Shown piece after piece: positions 37,621-47,199 of a stretch of DNA of 47,317 bases (the first letter of the stretch is position 1; each line of letters opens with the position of its first letter). Made by a program: the position numbers and the translations under genes. Source of the DNA: Calditrichia bacterium (lineage in GTDB: Bacteria; Calditrichota; Calditrichia; RBG-13-44-9; J075); contig JBOEGD010000017.1 of assembly GCA_050633245.1 (NCBI GenBank), positions 1-47,317 of the forward strand, read 5' to 3'. The notes under the pieces are model-generated. The model searched no databases. It was not told where the DNA came from and saw only the letters and a program-made list of their open reading frames with translations.

Positions 37621-39921
37621 ATGTTTAGCCTGAACCATACCCCCTCAAGCACATCTCGAACGAATCAACTCATAATTAATGAATCGACATCAGAAGTTGC
37701 TGAAAAACTCGTTCAATATCTTTTCAAAAAAGGTAAAGGGATAGAACATTTTAGCATTAATGGTTGGTTTGCTAAAGAGGAATACTCGAAAAAAAACTTT
37801 TATATAATGCGTCATCAACGCATAAAAGATGAAATTAGAAGACGACTCGCTGAATACGGCGAAGCTCCTATTCTTTCTGAAATTCAATATTTCTTTTCTC
37901 GTTCGAACGGTCAAAACCTTGTTTTTTATTTATCACCCAGTCGGCAACATTCGGGCTGGAAAAAACTCTTCTCTGATCAATGGCAAAAAAGTAATCGTGA
38001 AAGAATTTTTAATTTGATTTTTAAGGTCCATCTTATTTCTCAGGAACTGCCTGTAGAGACACTAAATGGGTTCGAAGAATTACTCTTTATACATTCAGCA
38101 AAGTCAAATAAGAAAGGAGACGTTCTATACGTTTGGGGACAAAATTTATTTGTGAATTATAACCACTTTAACGTATTGACGTTAACTCTCAACCGGAAAT
38201 TTCGCAAGTTTTTGTCATCGGACACATATGGTAGTTTGGATGAAGATGACCTCGGTGAACTTATGGTTTTCGAAAGCAGGAAATACCATCACCATCGAGA
38301 CGAGGATGCAAGGCGTAAAAATGATATTTTCTTTATGCGCTTTGAGTCGGGAGATGAAGAATACAAGAAATTCAAAAAAACTCAGCTCTACTACTACCAA
38401 ACCCTCATGACCAAACTGCAAGAGTTCTTAAGTGAGTGTAAAATAGCCTTCGATGCACTTCCTTATACCGCTACTCATTTCTTGGAAAACCCATTTATCA
38501 AGAATATCGAGTCCGTTGAATCCCTGAAGGTTATTAATAATACTGGATTCGACCTTACAATTGAAGATCAGCAATTTCTTCAAAACTTTTTATCACTCCA
38601 GGGTGTAGTGCAGGTAACCTTACATAATGCGGGCAAAAGTATTAGTAGCTATGAGAAAATGGAGGATGAAGATGAAGGGTGCTGGAAAATCACTGAATTA
38701 GTGCCTTGGGATGAAGTTGAGTTGAACCAGCAGACAAATTACTTGGTATTAAATCGACTACTGGATGAAGAGATTGGATCAATGGCATATCAAAAAGAAG
38801 ATGGCCTATGGTATCCGTCGAATAAGTTAAAGAACGAACAGACTGTTGACTTTTACACAAGAATAAAGAGCAAATATAATTACCTTAAGACTGGGAAATT
38901 TATTAGTACACAGGGAGTTAATTTAGATAAGTTTTTAACCGTTGGAAGCACAAAGTCATCCTTGCCAGTCTTATCTTTTAGTGAACCCCAAATCCGTCAA
39001 GATGACTTTTACAACGATATAAAACCTTTGGCTAAAGGTAAACATTTAAGTGTTAGCGAATCGATTGCCAGCTATTCCAGAGAACAATCCGATCCTGACA
39101 AATGGAATATGTTTCTCAAGAAACATAAGATTAAGATTTCCCCTGAGTATCAGAAAGTGCTTATAGAGCTTGGTATCAAAAATTGGATTCGTGAGAGTCT
39201 CTGTAATCATGTAGCAGGCTTACCTATTTCGACTCAAACTTTCGATGAAAAAAGCTTTTACTCAATCTATGTGCGAAGTCCACGAAAGCAAGATACCCGG
39301 GCTGTTGCCGTAGAATTTGTTTACAAAGATGGTGCGATCTTTATTAGACAAGTCATAAGTGAGTTAAGGCAAATTCAGGAAAAGTTTAAGTTTCTAAAAA
39401 CTCGAAGAAACTCGGACACATTAGTTGACAACCAGCAATATTTTGTAGATGCTACAGACAAATTGTATGTTAGCTGCTACACCGATGACTATTTCACACC
39501 TACCTTGATTGGCAGAGATGGTATTTTGGACGAGATGAAGAGTGGAACATTAAAAGTGAACAGACAGGTCCGGGATAATAACAGTAGCAGAATTCTCCCC
39601 CTTGTCACTCACTATAACGAAGAAATGAGGCCAATTAATCGAATTCGAAAACTGATTTGCTTTGACTTAGCCAATGATTCTTTTATCCAGTATTTTGTCC
39701 CGCCTGGTAAGAGCATTGAAGCGCGGGTTAAAAAAGGATTTAGAGTTTATCACATGATCGGAAAATCGTTCACCAATGAGCCTATTTTAACCTCTGAACT
39801 CATAGAGCACCCAATCACAAGTTTACACTTTAATACGCTGACCCACAACATTTTAAGAATTAGTGACAATAGTCAGTCGTCTCTTCTACAAAAAGTGGCA
39901 AGAGTGCTTGTTGAGAATTGA
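37621..39921 (+). CDS. Argonaute-like protein, DdmE-like (MID-type guide pocket, probably no slicer activity)
   Basis: 766 aa coupled to the helicase (AAGGAG SD, 1-nt gap). FYTRIK...ISTQGVN...KVLIELGIK resembles the Ago MID Y-K-Q-K motif; no recognisable DEDX tetrad. Confidence 0.65.
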   Translation: MFSLNHTPSSTSRTNQLIINESTSEVAEKLVQYLFKKGKGIEHFSINGWFAKEEYSKKNFYIMRHQRIKDEIRRRLAEYGEAPILSEIQYFFSRSNGQNLVFYLSPSRQHSGWKKLFSDQWQKSNRERIFNLIFKVHLISQELPVETLNGFEELLFIHSAKSNKKGDVLYVWGQNLFVNYNHFNVLTLTLNRKFRKFLSSDTYGSLDEDDLGELMVFESRKYHHHRDEDARRKNDIFFMRFESGDEEYKKFKKTQLYYYQTLMTKLQEFLSECKIAFDALPYTATHFLENPFIKNIESVESLKVINNTGFDLTIEDQQFLQNFLSLQGVVQVTLHNAGKSISSYEKMEDEDEGCWKITELVPWDEVELNQQTNYLVLNRLLDEEIGSMAYQKEDGLWYPSNKLKNEQTVDFYTRIKSKYNYLKTGKFISTQGVNLDKFLTVGSTKSSLPVLSFSEPQIRQDDFYNDIKPLAKGKHLSVSESIASYSREQSDPDKWNMFLKKHKIKISPEYQKVLIELGIKNWIRESLCNHVAGLPISTQTFDEKSFYSIYVRSPRKQDTRAVAVEFVYKDGAIFIRQVISELRQIQEKFKFLKTRRNSDTLVDNQQYFVDATDKLYVSCYTDDYFTPTLIGRDGILDEMKSGTLKVNRQVRDNNSSRILPLVTHYNEEMRPINRIRKLICFDLANDSFIQYFVPPGKSIEARVKKGFRVYHMIGKSFTNEPILTSELIEHPITSLHFNTLTHNILRISDNSQSSLLQKVARVLVEN

Positions 39922-39939
39922 TATAGTAAATGAAGTGTT

Positions 39940-40092
39940 TTAACAAATGTAAATTTTCTTGAACAAATAAAAACATCTTGTGAAAGAAGAGAAGTTATCT
40001 CCTGCTTTCGCTTGGTCATCAGTCATCGATAAATCGAAGTCTTCTTCGTAGATTTCCTTTAATTCATCGATAGCGTCTTGGGAAAGCTCCAT
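39940..40092 (-). pseudogene. Frameshifted paralogue of the small recombinase-associated gene at 44240-44431
   Basis: MELSQDAIDELKEIYEEDFDLSMTDDQAKA, then in another frame LLFFHKMFLFVQE, versus MDLPQSAITELQEIYKEDFQVDLTLDEAKA...LLFFHKMLLFVQE. Confidence 0.8.
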
Positions 40093-40331
40093 ACTCCAAA
40101 TTATTATACTTTGATTAGATCACTCCCCAGGGACAATTCTGTCTATATCCGCTAGCTTATTTGACTGCTGAGGACGCTAATAATACAATTTGATATATAT
40201 AGGATATTCTAATACCCCATCAAACTAGGGGTGGTAAAAATGAGAAAAAAGTTAGTGATTTACACCACTGCATCTGGATTTATTTAAGTGAAAATAGGGA
40301 AAACGATCAGACATTTATTTTCGATATCATT

Positions 40332-42542
40332 ATGATTAAAAAAATAAAAAGAATAAAAAATTTGGATCTGTTTTCAGATTACACTTGGGATAATAATCTA
40401 TCTGACTTTTCAAGATATAATCTAATATATGGGTGGAATGGAACTGGGAAAACTACCCTTTCAAAATTATTTGCATATTTAGAAGAAGGTTCCTTAAATG
40501 AGTTTCCTCATCTTGAGTATGAAATAGAACACGAAGATGGCAACTACAATACTCATAAGAGCTTTGATTGCAAAGTTCGTGTATTTAACCAAGATTATAT
40601 ACAAAGAAATGTTCAACTTGTCGATGGCGTTGCCAGTCCAATTTTTATCCTTGGGGAAGAGAACAAAGAAATAGCCAACCAAATTCTTTCCGATGAAAAA
40701 GTTTTATTCAGCCTTCAAACTGAACAAGTCTCATTAATAGAAGACAGAGAAAAAATTATTAAAGAAAAAAAGAAAATATTTACTGATGTTGCAAAAGTTA
40801 TTGGTGCAAACCTAGTTGGATTTTCTACAAGAAATTACAGAGCTCCTAATGCCGTAAAGGATTTTGATGCTTTACCTGAATGTGAGATTTTAAGTGAAGA
40901 AATTGTCGCAAAAAAACAAGCAATAATAAAACAAGAACAAAAAGATAACATCTCAAAGATTGAATTAGATGAAGATGCTAATGTAAGTGATATCTGTAAC
41001 GAGATTAAAGCTATCTGTGGAGAAACTGTCGAGATTAATGTGATTGCTAAACTTACTGGTAATCAAACTATTTCCGAGTGGGTTGAGCAAGGCTTGTCCT
41101 TTCATACTCCCAATAGTAAAGAATGTGAATTTTGTGGTTCTAATATTCCACAAGGAAGAATAGAAACTTTGCTAGGACATTTCAATGAAGCCGATAAGAA
41201 ATTGAAAGAAAAGATTGATAGTAAAATAGTTGTCCTACGAGAAGCTATTCAAAAAGTTAATGACATCCAATTTCCTAATAAAGCCCAGTTCAATAATGAC
41301 TTACAAACTCTCTTTATTTCGAGCGCAGTAACATATGATCAAGAAAAAAAGAATTATTGTGCTGAGTTATCATCGATGATTGAGATTCTCAATACAAAAA
41401 AACAAAAAACCACAGAAGCTTTGCCATTTGTAGAGTCTTTCAACAATAATTTTGAGGCTTCAGTAAATTCTATAAACAATCTTATTGATCAGCACAATCA
41501 AACAAATGATAACTTTCAATCAGAAAAAGACAAAGCCATTGAGTCTCTAAAGCAACACTACTTAAGTGAAGTATTTGAAGATGTAAAAGCTATTGATGCG
41601 AAATTAGAGGAGCTTAATCAGAATATTATAAAACTTGAGAATGGGGATAGCACTGATTATTTTATTGGTATCTTAAACTTAAGAAAGAGGATTGCAACTA
41701 ATAAAAGTAAGATATCATCTGCTCATAAAGCATGCGATAAAATAAATGAGCAACTAAAAACTTTTTTGGGAAGAAGTGAAATCCTTTTTGAGGTGTCTCC
41801 GGAAGGTGGTTATGTTGTAAAAAGAAATGGAGTAGTAGCAAATAATTTAAGTGAGGGCGAGAAGACAGCAATAGCTTTTGTATATTTTGTAGTACATCTC
41901 AATGATCAGGACTTTGATATTGATAATGGTATTGTTGTAATAGATGACCCAATTTCAAGTTTAGATTCTAATTCATTATTTCAGGCGTTTGCCTTTCTGA
42001 AAAAGTCTGTTAAAGATGCAAAACAAATATTTATTTTTACACATAACTTTAGCTTTCTAAAACTGCTTTTAAATTGGCTTAATAGAACTAGAGGACATAA
42101 ATATTTCATGATTAACAACAAGCACTCTGCTACTGGTAACAGAGAGGCATTTATTGCTGCGCTTGATAAAGAGTTAAGAAGTCATGAAAGTGAATATCAT
42201 TATTTATTTAAAGTCCTATATACTTTCAAAAAAGATGGAAATGAAAACATTTCTTCTGTCTACCATCTCCCCAATATTGCAAGGAAGGTCCTTGATACTT
42301 TTTTAATGTTTAGAGTTCCAACAGGAGAAAGCCCATATAAGAAACTGGAAAAGCTAACTTTTGATGAAGTCAAAAAAACGGCTATATACAAGTTTACAAA
42401 TGATCAGTCGCATATTACTGGAGATGGGTTCGATCCGTCATTAGTACCTGAAACACAAAAAAATGTTGAGTATCTTCTCGAAATGATGGAGACGGTATTC
42501 CCCGAACATTATAAGATTCTTGAGGAACAGTTTTCAGACTGA
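40332..42542 (+). CDS. RloC-like (AAA_13) ABC ATPase with zinc hook and C-terminal HEPN-like domain
   Basis: GWNGTGKTT, VFNQDY, coiled coils with CEFC, LSEGEK, IVVIDDPISSLD, FTHN, SEYHYLF, NIARKVLDTF...NDQSH. Confidence 0.85.
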   Translation: MIKKIKRIKNLDLFSDYTWDNNLSDFSRYNLIYGWNGTGKTTLSKLFAYLEEGSLNEFPHLEYEIEHEDGNYNTHKSFDCKVRVFNQDYIQRNVQLVDGVASPIFILGEENKEIANQILSDEKVLFSLQTEQVSLIEDREKIIKEKKKIFTDVAKVIGANLVGFSTRNYRAPNAVKDFDALPECEILSEEIVAKKQAIIKQEQKDNISKIELDEDANVSDICNEIKAICGETVEINVIAKLTGNQTISEWVEQGLSFHTPNSKECEFCGSNIPQGRIETLLGHFNEADKKLKEKIDSKIVVLREAIQKVNDIQFPNKAQFNNDLQTLFISSAVTYDQEKKNYCAELSSMIEILNTKKQKTTEALPFVESFNNNFEASVNSINNLIDQHNQTNDNFQSEKDKAIESLKQHYLSEVFEDVKAIDAKLEELNQNIIKLENGDSTDYFIGILNLRKRIATNKSKISSAHKACDKINEQLKTFLGRSEILFEVSPEGGYVVKRNGVVANNLSEGEKTAIAFVYFVVHLNDQDFDIDNGIVVIDDPISSLDSNSLFQAFAFLKKSVKDAKQIFIFTHNFSFLKLLLNWLNRTRGHKYFMINNKHSATGNREAFIAALDKELRSHESEYHYLFKVLYTFKKDGNENISSVYHLPNIARKVLDTFLMFRVPTGESPYKKLEKLTFDEVKKTAIYKFTNDQSHITGDGFDPSLVPETQKNVEYLLEMMETVFPEHYKILEEQFSD

Positions 42543-42584
42543 GTATCTAAGGAGTGAATAAATATTTTGGAAAAAAATTGAGAT

Positions 42585-44231
42585 TCACTTTTCAACAAAC
42601 TTATTATAAATAGTTTCAAAATTTTCTTTCCAGTCAAATTCTTCCTCCCAAAAGGTTCTAAGATCATCCACTTGTGCCCGCCAAGTGAGACATGAAGGCT
42701 CAAGAAGCCTTCTTTTGCTTTTAGGTTGGCCAAGAATTGAGGGTTCGAACCTACAAAACTGGTCCCAATTCCGATCTTTGACTTTTTGAGTAAACGCAAA
42801 CGGAACTTTGGCTTGTATTAGCAACTTTTTGTCCTGCAATATAGGGTTCGAACCGATTGTTTCAATGATGAGTCGTTTATCCTGATCGGTAGCCGATTTA
42901 AACCAAAAATGTGCATACTGCGCTACGTGCAATACCTTTTCTACAAGTGGATATAATTGGACACCACCATTACGCTCTTGGTCAATCTGTTCCTCTAATA
43001 TCTGTTGTTCCTGAATCAAACCTGCTTTCTCTTTAAGAAACTCTTCATCATCGAGTAATCCTTTGTAACGCATTTTATTCAGTTCGCTTAACTGATTGCG
43101 ATAACCTTTGAGAATACTCTCAAGGTTAAACAGTTTATCAATACTAACGAGTTTTTGTTCTTCATCTACCGATTTGATTTGAAGTAGAACCCATCTTCCA
43201 AATTTAGTTGATATCTTGATAGAATTATGAAACTCACTAAATTGACACTCTAGGTCTTCAGCTCTGATACTTCGTTCTAGACATCTTACATTCTTGTTCT
43301 TTTTTGAACAGTGGTAGTAAGTATAGCGGGTTCCGTGTCTATTCGTAGTATACTCAGCAGTGACACTGCATCCGCAAAGGCCACATTTAATCATGCCACC
43401 AGCAAATGGGAAGTTGTGTTTTATAGATTTCAGCTTGTCAGTTCTACCCAATATTTGCTGCACCTCATCAAATTCTTTCCGGGTAACCATCGGCATATGG
43501 TTGCCCTTAAATACCCCCTGTTTGTGCTGCATATCCCCATAATAAAATGGGTTCGTTAGAATCTTATAAATTGTTGTTCGACCAACTGGACCACCACCCA
43601 TTCTTTTATATTTCCGTGTCCGTAGACCCCATTCATTTGTAGCTATTTCTCGAATGGCATTAACACTTGTTGTTCCTGATAGCATTAGATCCCACATTTT
43701 TCGCACGAGATGAAATCGTTCTGGATCTGGGACAACCTTCTTTTCTGAATCCTTGATATATCCAAGAGGGGGAATTGCTGTCCAATCACCCTGTTTCAAC
43801 TTCATTCTAAGCCCACGAATTACATTCTTGCTCAAGTCATCAACATATTTTTGAGCCATACCAAATTCTATGTATAGCAAAATCGTATTTTCATCCCTGT
43901 GGCTATAACTTTGGCTCGGTGTATGAATTGTAATACCATCTTGCTTCATAGCCCAGATGATAGAAGCACCATCAATAGGGTTTCTTGCAAGTCGGTCTAG
44001 CTTCCAGCATAACACCCCATCTGCTTCCCCCTTATATATACGTTTCATCATATCATTAAAGACCTCTCGACCCGGCTCTTTTGCCGATTTTGCTTCAATT
44101 AATTCCTCTTTTATTTCAATATTAAGATTGGAAGCTATTTGCCTCATTTCATTCAATTGAGCATCAATACTCAAAATCTGTCGGTCTTCTGATTCTGTTG
44201 ATTTTCTTGCGTATAAAAAGAATTTAGACAT
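42585..44231 (-). CDS. Large serine recombinase (resolvase, recombinase and zinc-ribbon domains)
   Basis: YARKSTESEDRQ..SIDAQ, SAKEPGR..F, KLDRLARN, PPLGY, ILTNPFYYG, CGLCG...YYHC...C, coiled coil. Confidence 0.95.
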   Translation of the reverse strand: MSKFFLYARKSTESEDRQILSIDAQLNEMRQIASNLNIEIKEELIEAKSAKEPGREVFNDMMKRIYKGEADGVLCWKLDRLARNPIDGASIIWAMKQDGITIHTPSQSYSHRDENTILLYIEFGMAQKYVDDLSKNVIRGLRMKLKQGDWTAIPPLGYIKDSEKKVVPDPERFHLVRKMWDLMLSGTTSVNAIREIATNEWGLRTRKYKRMGGGPVGRTTIYKILTNPFYYGDMQHKQGVFKGNHMPMVTRKEFDEVQQILGRTDKLKSIKHNFPFAGGMIKCGLCGCSVTAEYTTNRHGTRYTYYHCSKKNKNVRCLERSIRAEDLECQFSEFHNSIKISTKFGRWVLLQIKSVDEEQKLVSIDKLFNLESILKGYRNQLSELNKMRYKGLLDDEEFLKEKAGLIQEQQILEEQIDQERNGGVQLYPLVEKVLHVAQYAHFWFKSATDQDKRLIIETIGSNPILQDKKLLIQAKVPFAFTQKVKDRNWDQFCRFEPSILGQPKSKRRLLEPSCLTWRAQVDDLRTFWEEEFDWKENFETIYNKFVEK

Positions 44232-44239
44232 GTTAAAAG

Positions 44240-44431
44240 TTATTGACTTTGCTTAATCTGATCAGCCAATACAGCATCACCATGTTCTTGAACAAAAAGC
44301 AGCATTTTATGGAAGAATAGAAGAATTCGCCGAGCCTCGGCCTTCGCTTCGTCAAGGGTTAAATCTACCTGGAAATCTTCTTTGTAAATTTCCTGTAATT
44401 CGGTAATTGCTGATTGTGGGAGATCCATCAT
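44240..44431 (-). CDS. Small acidic helical protein directly upstream of the serine recombinase
   Basis: 63 aa from ATG 44431. The track's TTG extension to 44626 is unlikely, and the start is supported by the paralogue at 40092. Confidence 0.75.
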   Translation of the reverse strand: MMDLPQSAITELQEIYKEDFQVDLTLDEAKAEARRILLFFHKMLLFVQEHGDAVLADQIKQSQ

Positions 44432-44508
44432 ACTATCACTATAATGCCAGTATAATGAAAGGAGGCAAAGAGGGCTGAACTTGCCGGATAAGGGATTATT
44501 TTCTAAGT

Positions 44509-44578
44509 AAACAAAAAGGGAACAGAACTCTGCTTTGAAGTCAACCTCCTTGAGGGAGTTTGAAGCAGGGCTGTTCCC
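44509..44578 (-). terminator. Long imperfect hairpin with U-tract upstream of the recombinase operon
   Basis: Minus strand GGGAACAG-CCCTGCTT...AAGCAGAGTT-CTGTTCCC-TTTTTGTTT. Confidence 0.55.
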
Positions 44579-45033
44579 ATGTTGTTTCACGATTCGCTTT
44601 AAATCATAAAATACTAAAACCCTCAATAGGTCGACTTCATCGGAAGAATAGCATATTCTCGGTCAGAATACAACTTAAGTCGAGTGCAATTTAATATAAA
44701 AACATGCCCAATGATAGGCTGACATTTAGGAACCTTCCTTCGAATAGAGGTGTTCTTGTCACGTTAATTTTTTGCTGAAAAAATTGGCTAGAGTTAGCCG
44801 CCGGAGTGTAAGAAGGGGCACTTAAATCAATAAATCGACTGTAGGTGTAAATTACCAATTATGGTTCAATTGTAATAGTAACATCGTTTTATTTTACTTG
44901 TCAAAATACTGTCCTTACAAGAGCTTCGAGGTAAATGCAGACTTCCGAACACAAGCAATAACTTCCAATATTTCAGGCTTTGAGGTATGCTATTATAAAA
45001 GCACTTAACTCAATTTTAAATATCGGAGGCATA

Positions 45034-45237
45034 ATGCAATCTAATCGTAAATACAGAATAGGATTCCAGGGGCTTACAGTGATCTCATTTATAGTCTTTA
45101 TGACCATTTCATACGTTCTAGGACTTTTTGATAGAAGTCCTTTAGAAGAGGTTAGCAGTTTCACTCTAGTTCTTGGCGGTACTATAGCAGTTATTATATT
45201 GTGTTTTGGAATATATAACCGGTTCTGCTCAAAATAA
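45034..45237 (+). CDS. Small two-TM membrane protein
   Basis: GGAGG SD before ATG 45034; two hydrophobic segments; terminator follows. Confidence 0.7.
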   Translation: MQSNRKYRIGFQGLTVISFIVFMTISYVLGLFDRSPLEEVSSFTLVLGGTIAVIILCFGIYNRFCSK

Positions 45238-45247
45238 ACACACTTCG

Positions 45248-45275
45248 AGGGTAAGGTTGGATCTTACCCTTTTTT
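45248..45275 (+). terminator. Intrinsic terminator
   Basis: AGGGTAAG-GTTGGAT-CTTACCCT-TTTTT. Confidence 0.8.
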
Positions 45276-45408
45276 ACTTCAAAAACCAACATAGCTAAAT
45301 ACTTATTGTTATAATATCTTAAAAAATAGTTTTTGAAATTTCCGAAATATATGTATAGTATATTATTTATCTCTTAAATAAGTTTATGTTGAGGCTGGGG
45401 AGAAACAG

Positions 45409-46206
45409 ATGCATCAACCTGAAAAAAACGATATTTTCGAGACAATTGAAATCGAAAACAATCGGATTACGAACACCATTCTTGCTTTATATGCTGGTGC
45501 TTTTCTTACAGTTGTCATTCTTTTTATAGGTCAAATACAAGATAGCTACGAAAGTAGAGGGGATATTCTATTAAAAGAATCTGCCATTTTTATCATCCTA
45601 GTAATTTTATCAATTCAAAGCATCGTTTTTTATTTTCGACTTGTTATTAAATTACGTGAAAATAATTTTGGCAAAGCACTTTCGATCACGCTGAGTGCTG
45701 TACTTCTCATTCTAATCGTTGTAGACATCAAGTATGGATACTATAGCGTCATTGGAATTGGATTAGGATTCATTGGCTGGAAAGCAGGACAACTCTATTA
45801 TTTCGTAAAAAGAAATAAGGTTGGTGACCTGACAGAAAAATATTTAAGAAAAATTTACCTGGCTTATATTCTCACTACAATTGTGGTGCTTAGTTTTGGC
45901 CTTTATATGGATTTTAGTGAAAAGAATTTAATTCCGTTTGCGAGTGCTACTCAGGAATTCAACTATCTTAGTGGAAAGATTGAACTATTAGAAATTCCTG
46001 ATACGGATAAGCAAATTCTCCTTAAGCAATTAAAGTCGGTCAAAAGTAAAATCGAATATCGAGATCTAGCATTAACTGTTGTATATGGAGCTACCCTTTT
46101 TCTTATAGTTTTTTTGATTATTTATGCATTGTATAAGGCATTCCTCGTGAAGACTATAACTTTACCAAATGTTCACGATGAACTTAGATTATATTATTCT
46201 AATTGA
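45409..46206 (+). CDS. Hypothetical polytopic membrane protein
   Basis: GGGGAG SD; about 6 hydrophobic segments. Confidence 0.75.
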   Translation: MHQPEKNDIFETIEIENNRITNTILALYAGAFLTVVILFIGQIQDSYESRGDILLKESAIFIILVILSIQSIVFYFRLVIKLRENNFGKALSITLSAVLLILIVVDIKYGYYSVIGIGLGFIGWKAGQLYYFVKRNKVGDLTEKYLRKIYLAYILTTIVVLSFGLYMDFSEKNLIPFASATQEFNYLSGKIELLEIPDTDKQILLKQLKSVKSKIEYRDLALTVVYGATLFLIVFLIIYALYKAFLVKTITLPNVHDELRLYYSN

Positions 46207-46240
46207 ATATCTATCCATAAATTCTGCCGAGCCCTTGAAA

Positions 46241-47065
46241 ATGAAAGTAGTTTATTTGTTTGTCATAATGCGGCCCTTTATGTCAGCGATTGCTGCGACA
46301 ATTACAACCGCAATCTACATTAACACCAATATTCAATTTGAAATTTTTCATTCAATTTTTTTGTTTTTTACCGTTTTTTTAACTAGTGCCTTCGGATTTG
46401 TTCTAAATGACTTTATAGATTTAGAAAAAGACAAAAAACACCATGTTAATAGAATCTTACCTAGAGGGTTAATTAGACCTAACACTGCATATTATTTTGC
46501 TCTTTTATTAGGAATTACGTCAATATTAAATTCCATCAGTGTTTCATTTCCTGTTTTTCTTTTGAATATGCTAACCCTATTTTTTTTAAGTATCTACTCT
46601 TTTATAAACAACCGTTATGGAGTAGTAGCTAACATTATTACGGGACTAAACTGTTCATTCATATTTATTATTGGGATGCTCGCGGGTAACTTTACACTTT
46701 TGATTAGTTTTGTATCTTTTCTAGCCTTTCTTTTGATAATTGGTCGAGAGATTATTCTTGACATTCGTGACATTGAAAGTGACAAATTAATAGAAAAAAG
46801 CTCTTTCCCAATTATTTATGGGATTAATAAGTCACGGATTATTGCTGGCTTCTTTTTTGGATTTTGTACTATCTTTAGTGTCGCAATAGGGGTAGCTATC
46901 GGTAATTTTTGGTTTAACCTTTTAGTAGTCGGCCTTCTTAACTTAATTCTGTGGACTACCTTTTTATATTATTATTTTACCCCTTCAGATAAAAACCTTC
47001 ACTCATTTATTACGGCAACACGTATTGCATTTATTCTATTACTTCCGGCAATTTTACTAACTTAA
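46241..47065 (+). CDS. UbiA-family prenyltransferase (DGGGP-synthase-like)
   Basis: MRP, LNDFIDLEKD...NRILPRG, REIILDIRDIESD...SFPIIYG; multiple TMs. Start uncertain (46169 or 46241). Confidence 0.88.
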   Translation: MKVVYLFVIMRPFMSAIAATITTAIYINTNIQFEIFHSIFLFFTVFLTSAFGFVLNDFIDLEKDKKHHVNRILPRGLIRPNTAYYFALLLGITSILNSISVSFPVFLLNMLTLFFLSIYSFINNRYGVVANIITGLNCSFIFIIGMLAGNFTLLISFVSFLAFLLIIGREIILDIRDIESDKLIEKSSFPIIYGINKSRIIAGFFFGFCTIFSVAIGVAIGNFWFNLLVVGLLNLILWTTFLYYYFTPSDKNLHSFITATRIAFILLLPAILLT

Positions 47066-47199
47066 GACTATAAGCAATCGTAAATCTGACTATCAAAGTT
47101 GACATTCTCAACATTACTTGTTATCGTTATAAAACTATGATCATCTGAAAATATCCCACAACTGGTATGATTTTAATCCATCCAAGCTTTCACACTTTT

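Noticed and set aside
33666-39921. Type I/III restriction-modification or Cas3-like system
   Set aside because: There are no methyltransferase motifs, specificity subunit, HD domain or cas genes.
42740-42856. Two GGGTTCGAACC T-loop-like motifs
   Set aside because: No tRNA stems surround them and they encode the RFEP and GSNP peptides of the serine recombinase. No att site could be defined.
3731-44160. Numerous short track ORFs nested in or antisense to long genes (e.g. 3731-3988, 11772-12215, 15834-16172, 23376-23594, 33959-34303, 43311-43559)
   Set aside because: They are shadow frames of well-supported genes, without SD sequences or motifs.
44432-44626. N-terminal extension of track ORF 44240-44626
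   Set aside because: It has a TTG start without SD and crosses the long hairpin; the paralogue begins at the internal Met.
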